NCBI RefSeq assembly: GCF_006345805.1
Contig: NC_042998.1
Coordinates: 5,704,001-5,768,000 of the forward strand
DNA from: Octopus sinensis
Lineage: Eukaryota
Length of the DNA stretch: 64,000 bases
Direction: 5' to 3'
This document shows positions 63,820 through 64,000 of the stretch, in pieces. How positions within the stretch are numbered: position 1 is the stretch's first letter; each line of letters starts with the position of its first letter. The position numbers were made by a program, and so were the translations under genes. The notes beneath the pieces were generated by a model. It searched no databases. It was not told the origin of the DNA and saw nothing but the letters and a program-made list of their open reading frames with translations.

Positions 63820-64000
63820 GTAATAATGATGATGATAATAATAATGTTATCTGATCTGATAATCAATAAATCAATTTGAGCTTATCAGATCTGTAAAAGA
63901 AGTTTTGAGCTTTTGTTTGCAAAGCATTACAAGAAAACAATTAAAAGAAGGAAACAGACAGGTGGATGTTGTCGTTGAGTCTGACCATTTACCTTTTCTG

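Noticed and set aside
105-63854. Dozens of ORF-track entries such as poly-M/H/I/C/L, YIHT and MYVC peptides
   Set aside because: They are translations of di-, tri- and tetranucleotide microsatellites.
63854-63890. 10-bp inverted repeat gatctgataa/ttatcagatc
   Set aside because: Short, AT-rich and expected by chance in 64 kb.

Overview
AT-rich eukaryotic, repeat-dominated window (intron or intergenic) with one 100-N gap at 20618-20717. The mix of tRNA-derived SINE families and extreme microsatellite density suggests an octopus (cephalopod) genome; this is inference, as no database search was run. No host protein-coding gene can be called with confidence, only weak micro-exon candidates. The window contains: (i) about 50 copies or fragments of three tRNA-headed SINE groups (working names A, B, C) and a (GAT)n-tailed retroposon (D); (ii) five R4/Dong-type non-LTR retrotransposon pieces, all abutting (TAA)n; (iii) RTE, CR1 and Tx1/L1 LINE remnants; (iv) mariner remnants, including a palindromic derivative present twice; (v) hAT and piggyBac MITEs with intact TSDs; (vi) a Penelope-like end with a minimal hammerhead ribozyme fold; and (vii) many micro- and minisatellites. 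The top candidate for an undescribed system is a 2.25-kb element (36387-38638). It has tandem 199-bp 5' monomers, a single uninterrupted gag/ORF1-like ORF and no RT. It sits inside a SINE-A head with a perfect 16-bp TSD, and its 3' tail is shared with SINE-B. All alignments were done by eye, and SINE and LINE-remnant boundaries are approximate.
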